64,000 nucleotides of DNA from Eledone cirrhosa. Lineage: Eukaryota. Made by a program: the position numbers and the translations under genes. Location of the stretch: assembly GCA_964016885.1 (NCBI GenBank), contig OZ024740.1:67518001-67582000 (forward strand), read 5' to 3'. Shown piece after piece: positions 1-12,782 of the stretch (within the stretch, counting starts at the first letter, position 1; every line of letters starts with the position of its first letter). The notes beneath the pieces were generated by a model. That model did not search any database. It saw only the letters and a list, made by a program, of their open reading frames with translations, and had not been told where the DNA came from.

Positions 1-1609
1 GCCACTGGATATAGTTTAATGTCATACTCAGGAACTAGAGCAATGTGCCTTCCTGCTGTCCTGGTTTTCATTGACTTTAGGAAGGCCTTTGATTCTGTGG
101 ACCGTCATTGCCTGATGAAAATCTTACAGGCTTATGGAGACCCCAAGAGGATAGGACCTGATATCACTGCTCTACACCAACACCAAAGTCCAGGTCATTA
201 TACCTAACTAGCAGAAAAACCACCCTTCGGGTGGTTTTCTATTGGCATGTGTAGTGTGTATATTGATATTATAGGCAGGTATATATCATGTAGATATGAT
301 ACATCAAATAAAATCGTAATTGAGAATATAAATACATAGAAATTGAACGAAGACTGCATTACACTGTCTTATGTAATCAGTAACGTAATCCATGATACAT
401 TAAAAAAGACGATATTATATATAAACTGCATTAGGAGAGAATTAGTGACGGAAAAGGATTATGTTTATTTCAGCGATCGCCATCGAAAGTGTTGACATTT
501 TAGAAATTTTAAAGAAGTGAATCTTTAAATAAACAAAATATATTTAATGAACAGCCACGAAATTTAGTAGATAAATTATGTAATATTCATTCATTATTTA
601 TTCAAAGTAATCCAACTTATTTTACACACGGGATAAATAAAAAATAAACCGTACGCAATCCCGCAGACCTTCCTTTATTATAGTTTAGATGGGATGGTGG
701 TGTTCTTTGAGATAATGGCTGGAGTGCTCCAAAGAGATACATTGGCTCCCTACCTTTTTATCATCGCTGTGGACTATTGTATGCGCCTTGCGCTAGATAA
801 ACACCAGGACTCTGGCTTTACTGCTCAGAGCAGGAGAGTTAAGGTGAAAAAGATATCAGATGCTAAATTTGCCGACGACATAGTTCTGGTGACAAACACA
901 GAGAAGGAGGCAGAGGAGCTGATGTAGGAGTTGGAGACTGTGTCGATGAGTGTGGGTCTGAAAATGAATGAGAGTAAGACGAAGTATCTCGTAGAGAATA
1001 TTAAGAACCAGAGAAGAACATAGGCAGGAAGCCGCTTGAATTGGGTGAGGAATTCCTGTATCTGGGAGCAAAGATTGGGAATACAGAAGATTATGTGGTT
1101 GAGAGGAAGAGCAAAGCCTGGGTGGCGTGCGACAGTTTGAGATCGATGTAGAAATCGGACCTTCGTTAAGACCTGAAGATCCGTCTTTTCTTTGCTGCAG
1201 TGGAGTCTGTGCTGCTGTACGGGTCTGGGACTTGGACACTGACCAAGGAAATCACTCAGATGGTGGATGGGTGCTACACCAGAATGCTGAGGATGACTCT
1301 GAACATTAATCAGTATACACTGAAGATGAAGAACTCAGAGCTGTATGGGAGCCTCCCAAAAGTCAGATCGAATGTAGCACAGAGGAGATTGTGGTTAGCC
1401 GGACATGCTCACCGACACCCAGAGTTGACACTGCACTCAGTGCTCCTGTGGGAGCCCCTGCACGAACACACTAGAAGAGGGAGACCGAGGTTGACATATG
1501 TTGATGCCCTAAGGACAGACACTGCTCTGTTGGAGACGCAGGACATGGCAACGATGATGAGAGACATAGAGTGCTGGAGAGAACTCGTCCATGTGATTGT
1601 TTGATGTAA

Positions 1610-1610
<1 letters not shown>
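1..1610 (+). mobile_element. Degenerate RTE-like LINE 3' fragment (RT and C-terminus), split by a Helitron-like insert
   Basis: RT motifs FIDFRKAFDSVD (19-207), GVLQRDTLAPYLF and FADD (694-927), C-terminal LAGH...RRGRPRLTYVDAL (1200-1604). Removing 208-689 restores KVQVIIPNGMVVFFEIMAGVLQ. Stops and frameshifts present; ends in (TA)n. Confidence 0.85.
208..689 (-). mobile_element. Non-autonomous Helitron (482 bp)
   Basis: On the minus strand it starts TCTAAACTATAATAAAGG and ends with the hairpin AAAACCACCC/GGGTGGTTTT (216-238) then CTAG. Inserted between A and T with no TSD, precisely splitting the RTE reading frame. Confidence 0.85.
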
Positions 1611-1649
<39 letters not shown>

Positions 1650-1899
1650 CAAGTAAACATCGATTGACATATATATATAAAATAAAATGAAATTAATACA
1701 TCAAAACATCACAGGGATAATTTGTAACGAGTGTTAGGTAACAAATTAAAATTTAACGAGAACTTCAAATTTGATTAATCTCCTTTGTATATATTTCATT
1801 AAATAAAGAAATATAATTCACCAAGTGTGTAAACACAGATAGTAAATTCTTCTCCTTTAATAGGGTTAGGATTAGGCCAGTGTTGGCCCCGGTCATGTC

Positions 1900-3000
1900 T
1901 AACGTAAATATACTACCTAAAAATTATTTCAGATTATGGGTTCAAGAACTAGTTATATTTTGGACACCGTGGCCCACTTTTAAAGCGAAGTTTCTTTGCG
2001 AGACATATCCAGGTGTAGGGTGTTTATCCAGGATTTCTTGAAGTATTTTGTCCAGGAAACTGTTATGTTACTGTTTCGATGTATTCCCTATGATAATAAA
2101 GAAAGTGGGGACAGCTGAGGTGAAGGAGTTTTGCCGTATGGTTGCTCTGAGATGCGAGGTTGATTTCAGTAATGGGTCAACATCACAGGGAAAAAGCTTT
2201 GGTGGATTTGAAAGGTGATACCGACATCATTTGGTCAAAATTGGTGGAATATTTTCCACATCATACAGATGATTTAGCGCTCACGGCGGCGTTGGAGAGA
2301 ATATAGTTTGATTTTTTTCTAGTTGAACCCAATCATCGAGGCCTGTCATACGGTCTATCTATTTTTGTAATTGACTTCTGATGTGCTTTAATGTTCATAA
2401 TACTTTGTTTCCTGTGAGGAAACCAGAATGGAGAAAAGTATTCAAGGTGGGACCGAAAAATGTAAAGGAGAGTAGGAGGATGGTGTGAATTTCTTTAAAC
2501 CGTAAAGACCTCATAATGCAGGAATATATCCTGAGGGCCAAGTCACTTTGGTGTTTATGTGAATACTCTAGTTTAAGTTGTTGTCAACAATTACTCCAAG
2601 ATCTCTGGTATTGTTTAATTCTAAGAGGGTTTCAACGAGGGAAGAAAATGTGGTAACTTCAGTGGATCCTCTTTTCCAAAGAAGTTTGATTCAAATTTAT
2701 TCTCATTTAGTAGCATACCACATTTTGCCACCCATTGGATCCAAAGAGATCCGATTCAAGTCATGTCCGGTCTCCCAATCCGTTAATGATATTTTTGAGG
2801 TTGGAATCATCTCCGAAAATTTATCTCTGGCTGTGGTTGATGCTGTCTATAATATCATTTATGTGGATAATGAAATGAATTGTGGGACAGCACTACTGAT
2901 GTTGGCGGATTTTGATTGTATTCCTTCGACCACAACATGCATTTGTCAGGAAACATTTAAACTACAGAAGTAGTTCCCCACAGATCCAGTATTTTTATTT
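1900..3000 (-). mobile_element. Old CR1/L2-like LINE RT fragment
   Basis: Minus-strand remnants: SSAVPQ (~2885), an F(A/G)DD-like motif (~2810), RDLGVIVDNNLN (~2590), SHLEYFSPFW (~2440). Heavily decayed, boundaries approximate. Confidence 0.65.
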
Positions 3001-3067
3001 TTAAACTTGGACGACAGACTGGGACAGGAAATATTCGTATATATATGTATATAAATGTGGGGGGGGG

Positions 3068-3084
3068 TATGTGTGTGTGTGTGA

Positions 3085-3182
<98 letters not shown>

Positions 3183-3200
3183 GCGTGTGTGTGTGTGTGT
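3068..3200. repeat. (GT)n microsatellite
   Basis: Visible dinucleotide array. Confidence 0.95.
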
Positions 3201-4255
3201 TGAAAAGGCTAGAAAACGACAAACAATATTTAGATATCAGTTAACTTAAAGCTATTTATCTCATCATTTGAAGATAAAACATTTCCCCCTGTCGATGAAA
3301 AAAGCCTATTAAAAGACCTAAAAATAATAAAATTAAGTAAAAGCCAAAACAATGCGTTATTTTTCAGAAATAATCACACAAACAGTTCTTACACTGTTTT
3401 CATTTTTTTGTGTAAATGAGAGGATAGAAAAATATTTCCTTTTTGCACAGAAAACGTATTTTTCATTTTACGTTCCTCGGCTGTCAACCAAGTCATATCC
3501 ACTAAAACCAACACCAGTAACACATGTATATATTGTATATATTAGAGAGCCAGAGAAAAAATGTGTTGTTTTTTTCTTCGGTTTCAAAGTGTTAATGGCA
3601 TGCACGGTAACATTTCAACGTTACTATATGTGAATCTTATTTCAAACATTTACGCTGTCCAGACAGACTGACATCTCGAGAGCTTTCCCTTTGTAAAAAG
3701 GAGCAAATCAACGGAAATAAATTTCTTGTTGATACTACGGACACAGGATGAAATGTGTGAAGTAAATTGATATTGTTGTCTCGTTCGGGAAAAAGAGAGA
3801 CGAGTCAAAAGTGGGTAGAAAATGGGGGAAGGAGAAGGAAGTTTGGTTAAAAAATGTGCGATATCTTCGGAGTGAAAGGAGTGAAATAGAAACCTATGGG
3901 ATTATTATTAGTTATTGTGGTGGTATTTGTGTTGGTGATAGCGTAATATGGATAATGTTGATGACGGCTGTGAGAGTAGGCTAGTTTCCACATCATAACA
4001 ATTCATACACACCACTCATTCTTCTTCTTCTTCTTCTTGCCAGTGGTTACTGAAAACAGATACGGCTACAGTCCTTATTGTTGACGTATCTTTCCCTCAA
4101 AATGGAAGAATAAATAAATAACATAAATAACAATGTAAAGAGGGAGATGAGAGGTTTTCTTTTTTTTTTGGTGGGGGGGAGCAATTAATTGAGAAAAATG
4201 AGCACACACAGCCACAGAATCGCACACACTCAGACCGATGAATGCTAATGAAGAA

Positions 4256-4301
<46 letters not shown>
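4256..4301. repeat. (TAC)n microsatellite
   Basis: Visible trinucleotide array. Confidence 0.95.
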
Positions 4302-6589
4302 GATAAATGGGCTTCTGTTTCGAGGCTGAGTGTTCCAGGTGTTCGGTGAACGGGACTCCCTATTTGCTAAACTAATGCTAATGTGGATGAGTACGTCGCA
4401 GACATTTGTGACCCTAACATAATTATCAGTACAAATTATCTAAATAGAGACGTGGTGTTTATTTTTTTTTTTTTTCCATTAATTCTTCCCCGTTTCAAAT
4501 TAAGAAAATAAAAATCTGCATAACTCGCACAAAATCAACATGGCTTCTGCATTTATACACAACTCAAATACTTCAAATAAAAACGTCTTCTAACCTGTGG
4601 AAAAGAAAAAGCACCAAATCCAATCCCTGCCTTCACTCTCACTAAAATAAATCCTCTGACAGAATATAATGTAATTGGGAACAATTTAAATGGTCTAACT
4701 AGCAATGGCAATAATAACAATAACAATTATACAAGCACACATACATATTGGCCTTTCGCCAAGTGAAGACTGAATGGGTATTTAAAATTGAAAAGTAAAG
4801 GAACAATTTTCAGTCATCTTTCTTTCGTTTGAGTTGTCTCAACTGACGTATCCTAGCAGTGAATTATCTGGTTAAAAAATGTGTCAGTGGTGTGTGACAA
4901 GAGAAGACACATCTAACCCTCATACCTGTATCTTACAACGAGAAAGAAGATAAGTTATCTCTGCGTATCGGAGGATACATGATTGTATCCTATAACCCAT
5001 AGTAATGCCAAGAAACTATTCATTTACTAAGATTACTCAAGTGATGCAGATAAGGTGAGCATGTGCCGGGTTATAAATTCACAATTGTTGCTGATATATT
5101 TAATTTCAAAATTGTTTGCTCTTAGCGAATGTATATCTTCGAATTGATCTCAATACTATTAATGTATGTGTTCTACAGGAACATATTCATCATAGATTTC
5201 CTATTTAAGGATGTTTACAGCCCCGCGCAGCAATATGAGGCACATTTATCTTTATCAGACCTTACTTGTTCTTACCCTTGTATAGACAGACACCGAGATA
5301 AGTTAAAAAAATTTTGTATTTAAAACAAATGTATTAAATATTGTTCCATGCAGTTTCAGTTGGTAAAATGAGACCTTTGAAGGAGCGACTTGAAAATCTA
5401 TCTAAAGCAGGTAGCAGTAAATGACAACAATAACAACGACGATGGCGACGGCAACAACAACACTCCGTTTCATCGTGTTCAGTTTGCACAGAGAGTTCGC
5501 TGATGCAATAGGTTCCACAAACTTGTTACTGACTTACTTATATGCCAGAAACTCCCACTTTATCATGTTAATCGAGCAGTACTTGCACATTTTCGGGCTC
5601 TCTTGGCTTAAGGTAGTGTCAGGTTACAGTTAACAAGACGCTGATCAGTTGACTGCTCAGCCCCTCTCTTAACACGAACATCTAGTAGAGAATGGAAGAG
5701 ATCAGGGACAATAACAAAATCAATTATTGATCTCTGTCCCCGCTTCCCCATATGCTATATGTAATTAGGAATGTATTTGTACTAGAAGGTGTTCATACCA
5801 CCACTTCCTTGTGCAGTATTTTCTGGCACCACACCTGAATAGTGGAGTTTCCATTCTCCATCCAAAGTTATAGTATTAAAACCACGGAACGTTTTGAAGA
5901 AAACTCAACTATATCTAGCCGGTAGCATCAGGCCTGATCCTTGCCTGTTAGGGTTGTAAGGTTCCAGTATCCAATAATCAAATTTGGCTTAATTTCGTAC
6001 ACTATCTGGGGTCGCGCTATACGTAACCTTTGCGTCCCTACCCCATGCCTCCCAGGACAAGTCATAAGCCAACTCTTGCAGCGTTGGATAGAAATTCCAA
6101 TATATATTCTAAACAGGCTCCTCTACTAAAGGCTTCAATAGTCCCTTACCCCGCGCAAAGAATGATGCGGTGTGACGCTTTTACTATTTTCTGGCATATT
6201 TCAGTGTTTTAGTGGTCTTATTCGCGCCAGTCACCATTTTGGTACGGTACTCAAACCCAAGAAGAGATTGGGGACAATGTTTTGGAAAAAACCCAACGGA
6301 ATGGAGTTTTCATCGACTATAGGAAAATTAGATATCACTGAAAAGAAAATTGTAAGTATCTCAATGATGTATTTTTGTAAAATATTAATGACACCAATAG
6401 AACATCATACTGTAACAAGGACGGTGAATTGGGAGGGAAAATACAAGGAGGAATTACGAAACAATTGTGATAATAATCACAATAATTATACTGAAATAAA
6501 ATGCGTTGACAACATTAATCGCAACTTGATTGAAGGCGATACGAGGAAAATGATAATGATGATCATTATGGGATTGAAGAAAGATATGA

Positions 6590-6875
6590 TGTTGAAAACG
6601 ATCATGACTTGATAGCAACAGACGATGACGTCGACAACGATTATGTTAATAATTATGGTGCTATGGTTATTGTTGCTGATGGTGGCGGTGATGGCAGCGG
6701 TATTGGTAGTGGGGTTGGCATGATGGCAGTGGTGGTGCTGGTGGTAGTGGCAGTGGTGGTGATGTTGGTAGTGACAGTGGTGGTGGTGATGCTGGCGGTG
6801 ATGGTGGTAGTAGTGACGATGATGATGGTGGGGTGATGATGATGGTGGTGGCAATGATAACGATGATAATAATGA
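6590..6875. repeat. Degenerate (GGT/GAT)n low-complexity tract
   Basis: Imperfect GTG/GAT trinucleotide repeats. Confidence 0.8.
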
Positions 6876-7445
6876 GGAAACGTATATGCATGACGCGAAG
6901 TAAAATGGGAATAACTAGAAAATGGAAGGAGATGGGAGGTACGAAGAATAGTATAGATTGAAGGAGGATGAGGATGGGGCCTCAACACATATTAGAGTAG
7001 TCATTTTGAGGATGATAATTAGCAAAAGCTTTTGTGAAGGGACCACCAATAAAAATATTATATAATTATAATGATGACGAAGATGATGGCGTTAGATGTT
7101 AATACCATCATCCTATTCAATATCATGATTATCATAACAGCAACAACATTACTATCAATAATAATAATAATAATAATAATAATATTAATAATAATGATTT
7201 CTTTATTAACCACAAGGGTTTACATAAAGTAGACATTAAGGACAGTGCAGGACAATACAGGACGGTACAAATGGGCATTTCTGCGTGTAAAAAACAAAAA
7301 CAGAGGATGTAACAAAAAATAACAATGAAAAATTCCCCAATAGGGGGGAGACTTCGGAGGGACATTTGTGGAGAAAGCCCAATAAAAATCCACAATGACC
7401 CTGACCACAAAGGCAAATGCCCTCTCCCAGTTTTCCACCTTTAAT

Positions 7446-10400
7446 TTACAGATATATACTCAGAGTAGGCCCATTCACTCGGGCCATTCTTGCTTCTCTC
7501 ACCCATCTTTCAACAAAATGCCGGGAAGAGAGCACTTCCCTCTCTACTCTGATTTTCCTTTTCAAATGAAATTTGAAAAAGTCAATCAGAGCATCACCGA
7601 AGAGGTAAGTGCTCGTCTTCAGCCCTTTCAAACGTGTCCACCATACTGTCTCTTTCGCCATGGCCACCAGACAGATAAAAACTGCCTGCCCTTCCCGGAT
7701 AAAGGAGGAGGGCGGGGCAATCCTCACGATGGACTCAAATGATAGCCGGATCCGTCCTAAACGCGACAGCAGGTGTTCGACATAAACCCACAAGTCAGCA
7801 ATTTTCGGACACTGGACGAGTGCGTGCAGGACGGTTTCGTCGCCCTGCGCGCATCTCGGACATGCCCGGCTGACGGCACCTCCATGCCTGTAGAGTTTAT
7901 CCCGAACTGGCAAGGCTCCTCGGTAGCACTGCCAGGCCAGAGATTTCTGGAAGTTGTCCATAGGCCCTGGCCCGGAAGTTCTTCCGAAGAGATTGGCTAG
8001 TTGATTTTCGTCGACGCCTAGAGTTTCCCCAAGTACGTCGTCGCTCTTCCCCTCCACTAATCCTCTATAGAACGCCGAGGTGGAGTTTCCACCGATCACA
8101 TTGTCCGATTGGTCGAGGGCTGTGAGCGCCTGAAGACATTCCAGTCTCCAGGCGCTCCCTCTCGGTCTTCGCTTGACCCAGGACTGCAGCTCCGTCAAGG
8201 AAACGAGCTGGGGAAATACGCGTCTAGCAAACGGCGACCACACCTGATCACTGTCGAGGAAGAGGTGGAGATGTCGTAGCCTGAGCGCGTGCCTGCGCAT
8301 CATCAGCCACCGCATGCCCAGCCCTCCACGTAGCGGGTGTTGACAACAGATGGACCGCCTGACCATCGGAGCGCGTCCCTTCCACAAAAAGCGAAAGAGC
8401 AAACGCTCCAGCGCAGTCAGGCGAGGCTTAGGACAAGGTACGACGGTCAGGCGGTAGCAGATGACAGACGCGATGTACGCGTTAGCCACCTCCGCACGAC
8501 CTTTCAGGGAAAGCTTCCTCTCCGCTCATTTCTGGGTGAGAGTTTTTGTCCGTCTGGAGGTCCGGACCGAACCAGACCCCTAGCAATTTAACCGGTCCAT
8601 CCGTCCAGCGTCCGACGACGCTGTTGGACGGCATGGACCTGCCTCTCCAGGTGCCGAGCTTCAGGCCCACTGATTTTTCCTGGTTGATCATTGCTCCTGT
8701 CACCGCTTCGTATTCTCTTAGTGTAGTGCCGATCGCCTCGATATGTTTGGCGTTCGACACCACTACGGTGACATCGTCCGCATATGCTGACACGGATCTT
8801 CCGCATCCTAGTTCGCGCGGGACGCCCCTCAACGTCTCCAGTTTGTGCAGTAATGGCTCGAGAGTCAATACATACAAGAGAGACGAGAGGGGACATCCTT
8901 GGCGGACCGAGCGCATGATGTTGAACGGTTCCGACAGGTGACCGTTCACTCTCACCACAGAGCAGATGTCGCTGTGCATGGCAGCGATCCAGCCTCTGAA
9001 GATGGGCCCAAAGCCAGCCACCCTCAGGACTGCCGCTAAGTAACGATGGTCGAACTTATCGAAAGCTTTCGACTGATCTAAATTGATCAAGGACACACCC
9101 GTGCCAGGTTCCTTAGCTACCCTCTCTACGATGTATCGCATGAGGTGGAGGTTGTCGTGGATGGATCTGTCGGGAATGGCGCATTTCTGCGCCTCTCCCA
9201 CCAGACTACCAACGACAAGCGCCAACCTCTTTGCTAGCACCTTGGCCAAAATCTTGAACTCTGTGTTTAGCAGAGTTATGGGCCGGAAATTATCAATGTT
9301 ATCCCCCTTGTTCGGATCCTTTCTCAGCAGTGCCACCGCTCCTCGGCTCACAGAACTGGGAATTCTCCCGTTCTGTTGCCAGTTGCAGTAGACGTCCGCC
9401 AAGAGGCCTCCGAACAAATCTGGCATCTGTACGTAAAGTTCATAGGGCAGACCATCCAAACCAGGCGATTTACCCCTTGTGCAGCCAGTCATTGCCTCCC
9501 TTACTTCAGCGGCTGTTATCGGCTTTTCGCAACACCTCGCCTCAGTGGCCGAGAGCCGCGGCAGTCCGTCGAGGTAGACACTAAAGTCCATCCCTCTACC
9601 CGGCCCACCGCTGCCCCCGAACGGCTGAGCGAAGTGTCGCTGAAAAGCTTCACACATTTGCCCGGGATCGAGTAGCATGCGCCCGTCGTGGTCCACCAAA
9701 GACCGGATCGTGGCTTTGTTGCCACGACGCGCCTTCGCCACTCGGGCCCATTGAACGGCTTTCGTCCCCTCGTGTCTGAGAGCACGCACCCTTGCTCTGA
9801 CAACGCAGCCTTCGTGCTTTGCATTGAATAATTGGTCAAGGGCCAATTTCGCCGCAAGCACGTCGGTCGCAATGCCTTTGTTAAGCGCCTCGTCTAATTT
9901 TCTAACTAGTTCTCCCTCTGCTCTATTTTTCTCTATTGCTAAAGCCTTACTAAACCTAATGGATTCTATTCTAATCGCTCTTTTCAGAGCAAACCACCAC
10001 TTGTTGTTGACGATGGCCCCCGTCAACGCCCGCTTAACTAGTTCGCTAATCCGGTCACTGTAGGCCTTGCGCGCTGGTAAGGACGCGTTTAGCTTCCAGT
10101 AGCCGGGTCCTCGTTTATGAAGCCTATCTAAGTCAAGCACACAGATCACGAATTTGTGGTCCGTGTAGCTGACTATCTTGAATTGTGGACAGCCTATGCT
10201 AGACCTATCTATTTCCCTACAAAATACTCTATCTAGATATGATCTGTATGACCCAATGCGATTTGTCCAAGTCCACATTGGCACATTCGGGAAATCCAAT
10301 CGGTACCTGTCAGACAGTTCAAAAGGCCTGAGCAGGTTGGTGAGGCTCTTGCACCCTCCACCCCTATCCGCTAATATCACACAGTCCCAGCGTGCATCTA

Positions 10401-10836
10401 AGATCCCGTTCCAGTCGCCCACTAACACTAAAGAGCGGGACGTTCCAAGAAAGGTCTCCAGACGCCGGAAGAAATCAAGCCGCCCTGCTCCTGTCGGGGC
10501 ATAGAAGGCCACTAGCCTGAAAGCTTGCCCGTCTCCGCTGGTCACGTCCAGCACCACCAGCTTACCCTCTGGGTCCAGGAAGATGGCCCGTATGGCGAGA
10601 TACAAACCTCTCCGAAAAAGCACAGCAACTCCTCCCCCCGATCCAGGACGGCTGGGAGATGCGTACACATCGTAGCCGCCGAAGATCGGTGCGAAGGCCC
10701 GTGCTTCGGAGATTCTGGTCTCGCTGATGGCCACTACATCTATGTTTAGTGATCTGAGGTCGTTGAGCAGGTGACCCTGCTTCCATGACGACCCCAAGCC
10801 ACGCGCATTTATGCTGCCTATTCTGAGTGAGGTCAT
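7446..10836 (-). pseudogene. Tx1-A ORF2: APE endonuclease, reverse transcriptase and C-terminal zinc finger; one frameshift
   Basis: SINARGL, AISET, LVGDWN, SYLDR, TDH (APE); SPGLDGLP, RPITLLN, DQSKAFD, QGCPLS, YADD (RT); CPRC..ETVLHALVQC. A ~29-bp deletion near 8545 relative to the copy at 20480-20520 splits the 784-aa and 347-aa ORFs. Confidence 0.92.
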
Positions 10837-10871
10837 GTTTAAAATAGAGTGGAAAAGATGGGAAAGACCAC

Positions 10872-12782
10872 TTACCGTACTTTTCGTAGAGGAGGGATGG
10901 TTTTTACATCCCTTTTCACTTGATCGTCTGGTGAAGGGCCGGTTGAATCGTCCCTTCGGCTGGTCATCGGCTCTTCTATGAGTATGTCCGAATATACTCT
11001 TCGGTTGATAGTTCCACTTAGGTCTCTGAAATCACCAACTGCGTTGGGGAATTTCTTTTTAATGTTTGTGTATTGTTTCTGTGCTATTTTTAGCAGTCTT
11101 ATGTTAGTTGGCGTTTTGATTGGTGCTGGTATTATGTAGTCGTGTTGTGAAATGTCTGTGTGTTCAATTATGTAAGTCATTAGTTTCTTGTTGTGTGTAT
11201 TTATTGCCGTGCATTTGTTTTTCTGGGGGTGGGGTGTGGTTCTGCTATTTTGTTGTCGTTTTTGCTGGGTGTGTGTGTATGTTATTGTGATTGAGATGTT
11301 GGTGCTTGTGGTGTTGAAGGTGTTGTTGTTGTTGGCGGTGGGGTTGTCGCCAGTAGTGATGGTGGTACTAGTGTGGGTGGTGATGGTGTTGGTGGTGTTG
11401 CTGCTGTGAGTCTCTTTGCAGTAGACTTTACCCTTTTTTCATTTCTTTCCTCCCTTTTCAAAGGCGACGATGCGCTGCTTCTGCGTTTGTGCCTTCTTAC
11501 GACCTTTTGCCATCTCTCTCCAACCTCACACTCCATGTCTGATTCTGTGAGGTCGGGGAGGGGTACCAGCTCCACTCTTTTACTTGGTGTTGTTGGTGAT
11601 GTTTGCACTAGAGTCTCTGTTGCAGCTGCATTTGGTATTGCTGTTGTTGTTGTTGTTAATACTTCTACTGCTGCTGCTGTTTTTGATTTCCGTGGCGTGG
11701 GTATGGGTGCCACGGACCTATCGTTCCTGGTTGCCGCTTGTCCTGTTGCTGGTAGCCGTAGAGCCGGTTTCGGAAGGAGGGGGGTTTTCTCCTTTCTCAG
11801 GGTCTTCTCGTTGCAGAAGGCCCTGAGGTGTGTCTTCGATCCACAGCGAAAGCATTTCGGGCATTTGCCCTCAACACTTATGGGCAGTTGAGTGCCGTTA
11901 TCGAAGTCTATCACATCCGGGATAGCTTCGATGCGCTCCTGGTTGGTTTGGATTAACATCTCAATGGAGGTGCCGACCCAATATTCTCTTACTTTTTTCT
12001 GTACTTGCAGTACAGTTGTTTTGTCCTCGATTCCGACGAGGACAGACGCGGCCAGCCAAGAAGGGGCCATCCCGGGAGGGGACGTGGGTCAGTTTGACCC
12101 TCACAATTTTTTGCCCGCAGTAGGAGGGCACCAACACCATTTCCTCGCTCCTTAGGGTCACTACGGATTGAGCCTTTGCCTCCTGGGGTGTGGCAAAAAG
12201 TACGTCTACCGTGGCATATTTCTTGCCTCGGGTGATGTGTGTTTTCCGCTGCCACAAAGACCCCAAGGATTTTTGCATTTGAGCCTCTGTGGCTCTTTCC
12301 ACCCTACGGGATTTTGTACTTTCTGTGCGGTACGTGACCGTACAGTGCTGTTGGGTTTCGAAACATTTTTCCGCTGCCTTGCAGATTGCTCGGTGTCCAG
12401 TTTTTGCTACCAACTTCTTCGCTTCCTCTAATTCCTCATTTGTTATGAGGATTGTTTCCAGGTTCTTCGCGATACCTGCAAACGAGATTGGTTTTTCTTT
12501 GCTGCTGTTGTTGTTGTTGTTGTTGTCGTCGTCAGAGCTGCTGGTACTTTTGTTGTTGCTGCAGGTACTACGACTACTGCCGTCGTCGTCGTGGATAAAT
12601 CTTGCACGCTTTGCACGAGACTTTTCTTTTCTGTCGTCGCTTGCGAAAGAGAAGGGAGGGAGAGAGAGACATTTAAAGAAGCGAGTGAGAGAGACAATAT
12701 TAATCTCTGCTGTAGTGACGATTGAGGAAGAAGAAGACGGAATGAGTGGGAGTGACCTATGAAAATTCTTTTTCGTAGCCAT
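10872..12782 (-). pseudogene. Tx1-A ORF1 (gag-like, CCHC knuckle), frameshifted
   Basis: Three consecutive ORF pieces (11961-12782, 11282-12070, 10872-11180); CFRCGSKTHLRAFC zinc knuckle; homologous to ORF1 of families B and C. Confidence 0.85.

Noticed and set aside
4300-5070. Possible host exon or regulatory sequence (AAG|GTGAGC at ~5053)
   Set aside because: No supporting ORF, acceptor pairing or recognisable homology.
6486-6988. His-, Pro- and Thr-rich ORFs
   Set aside because: Low-complexity trinucleotide tract with no domain signal.
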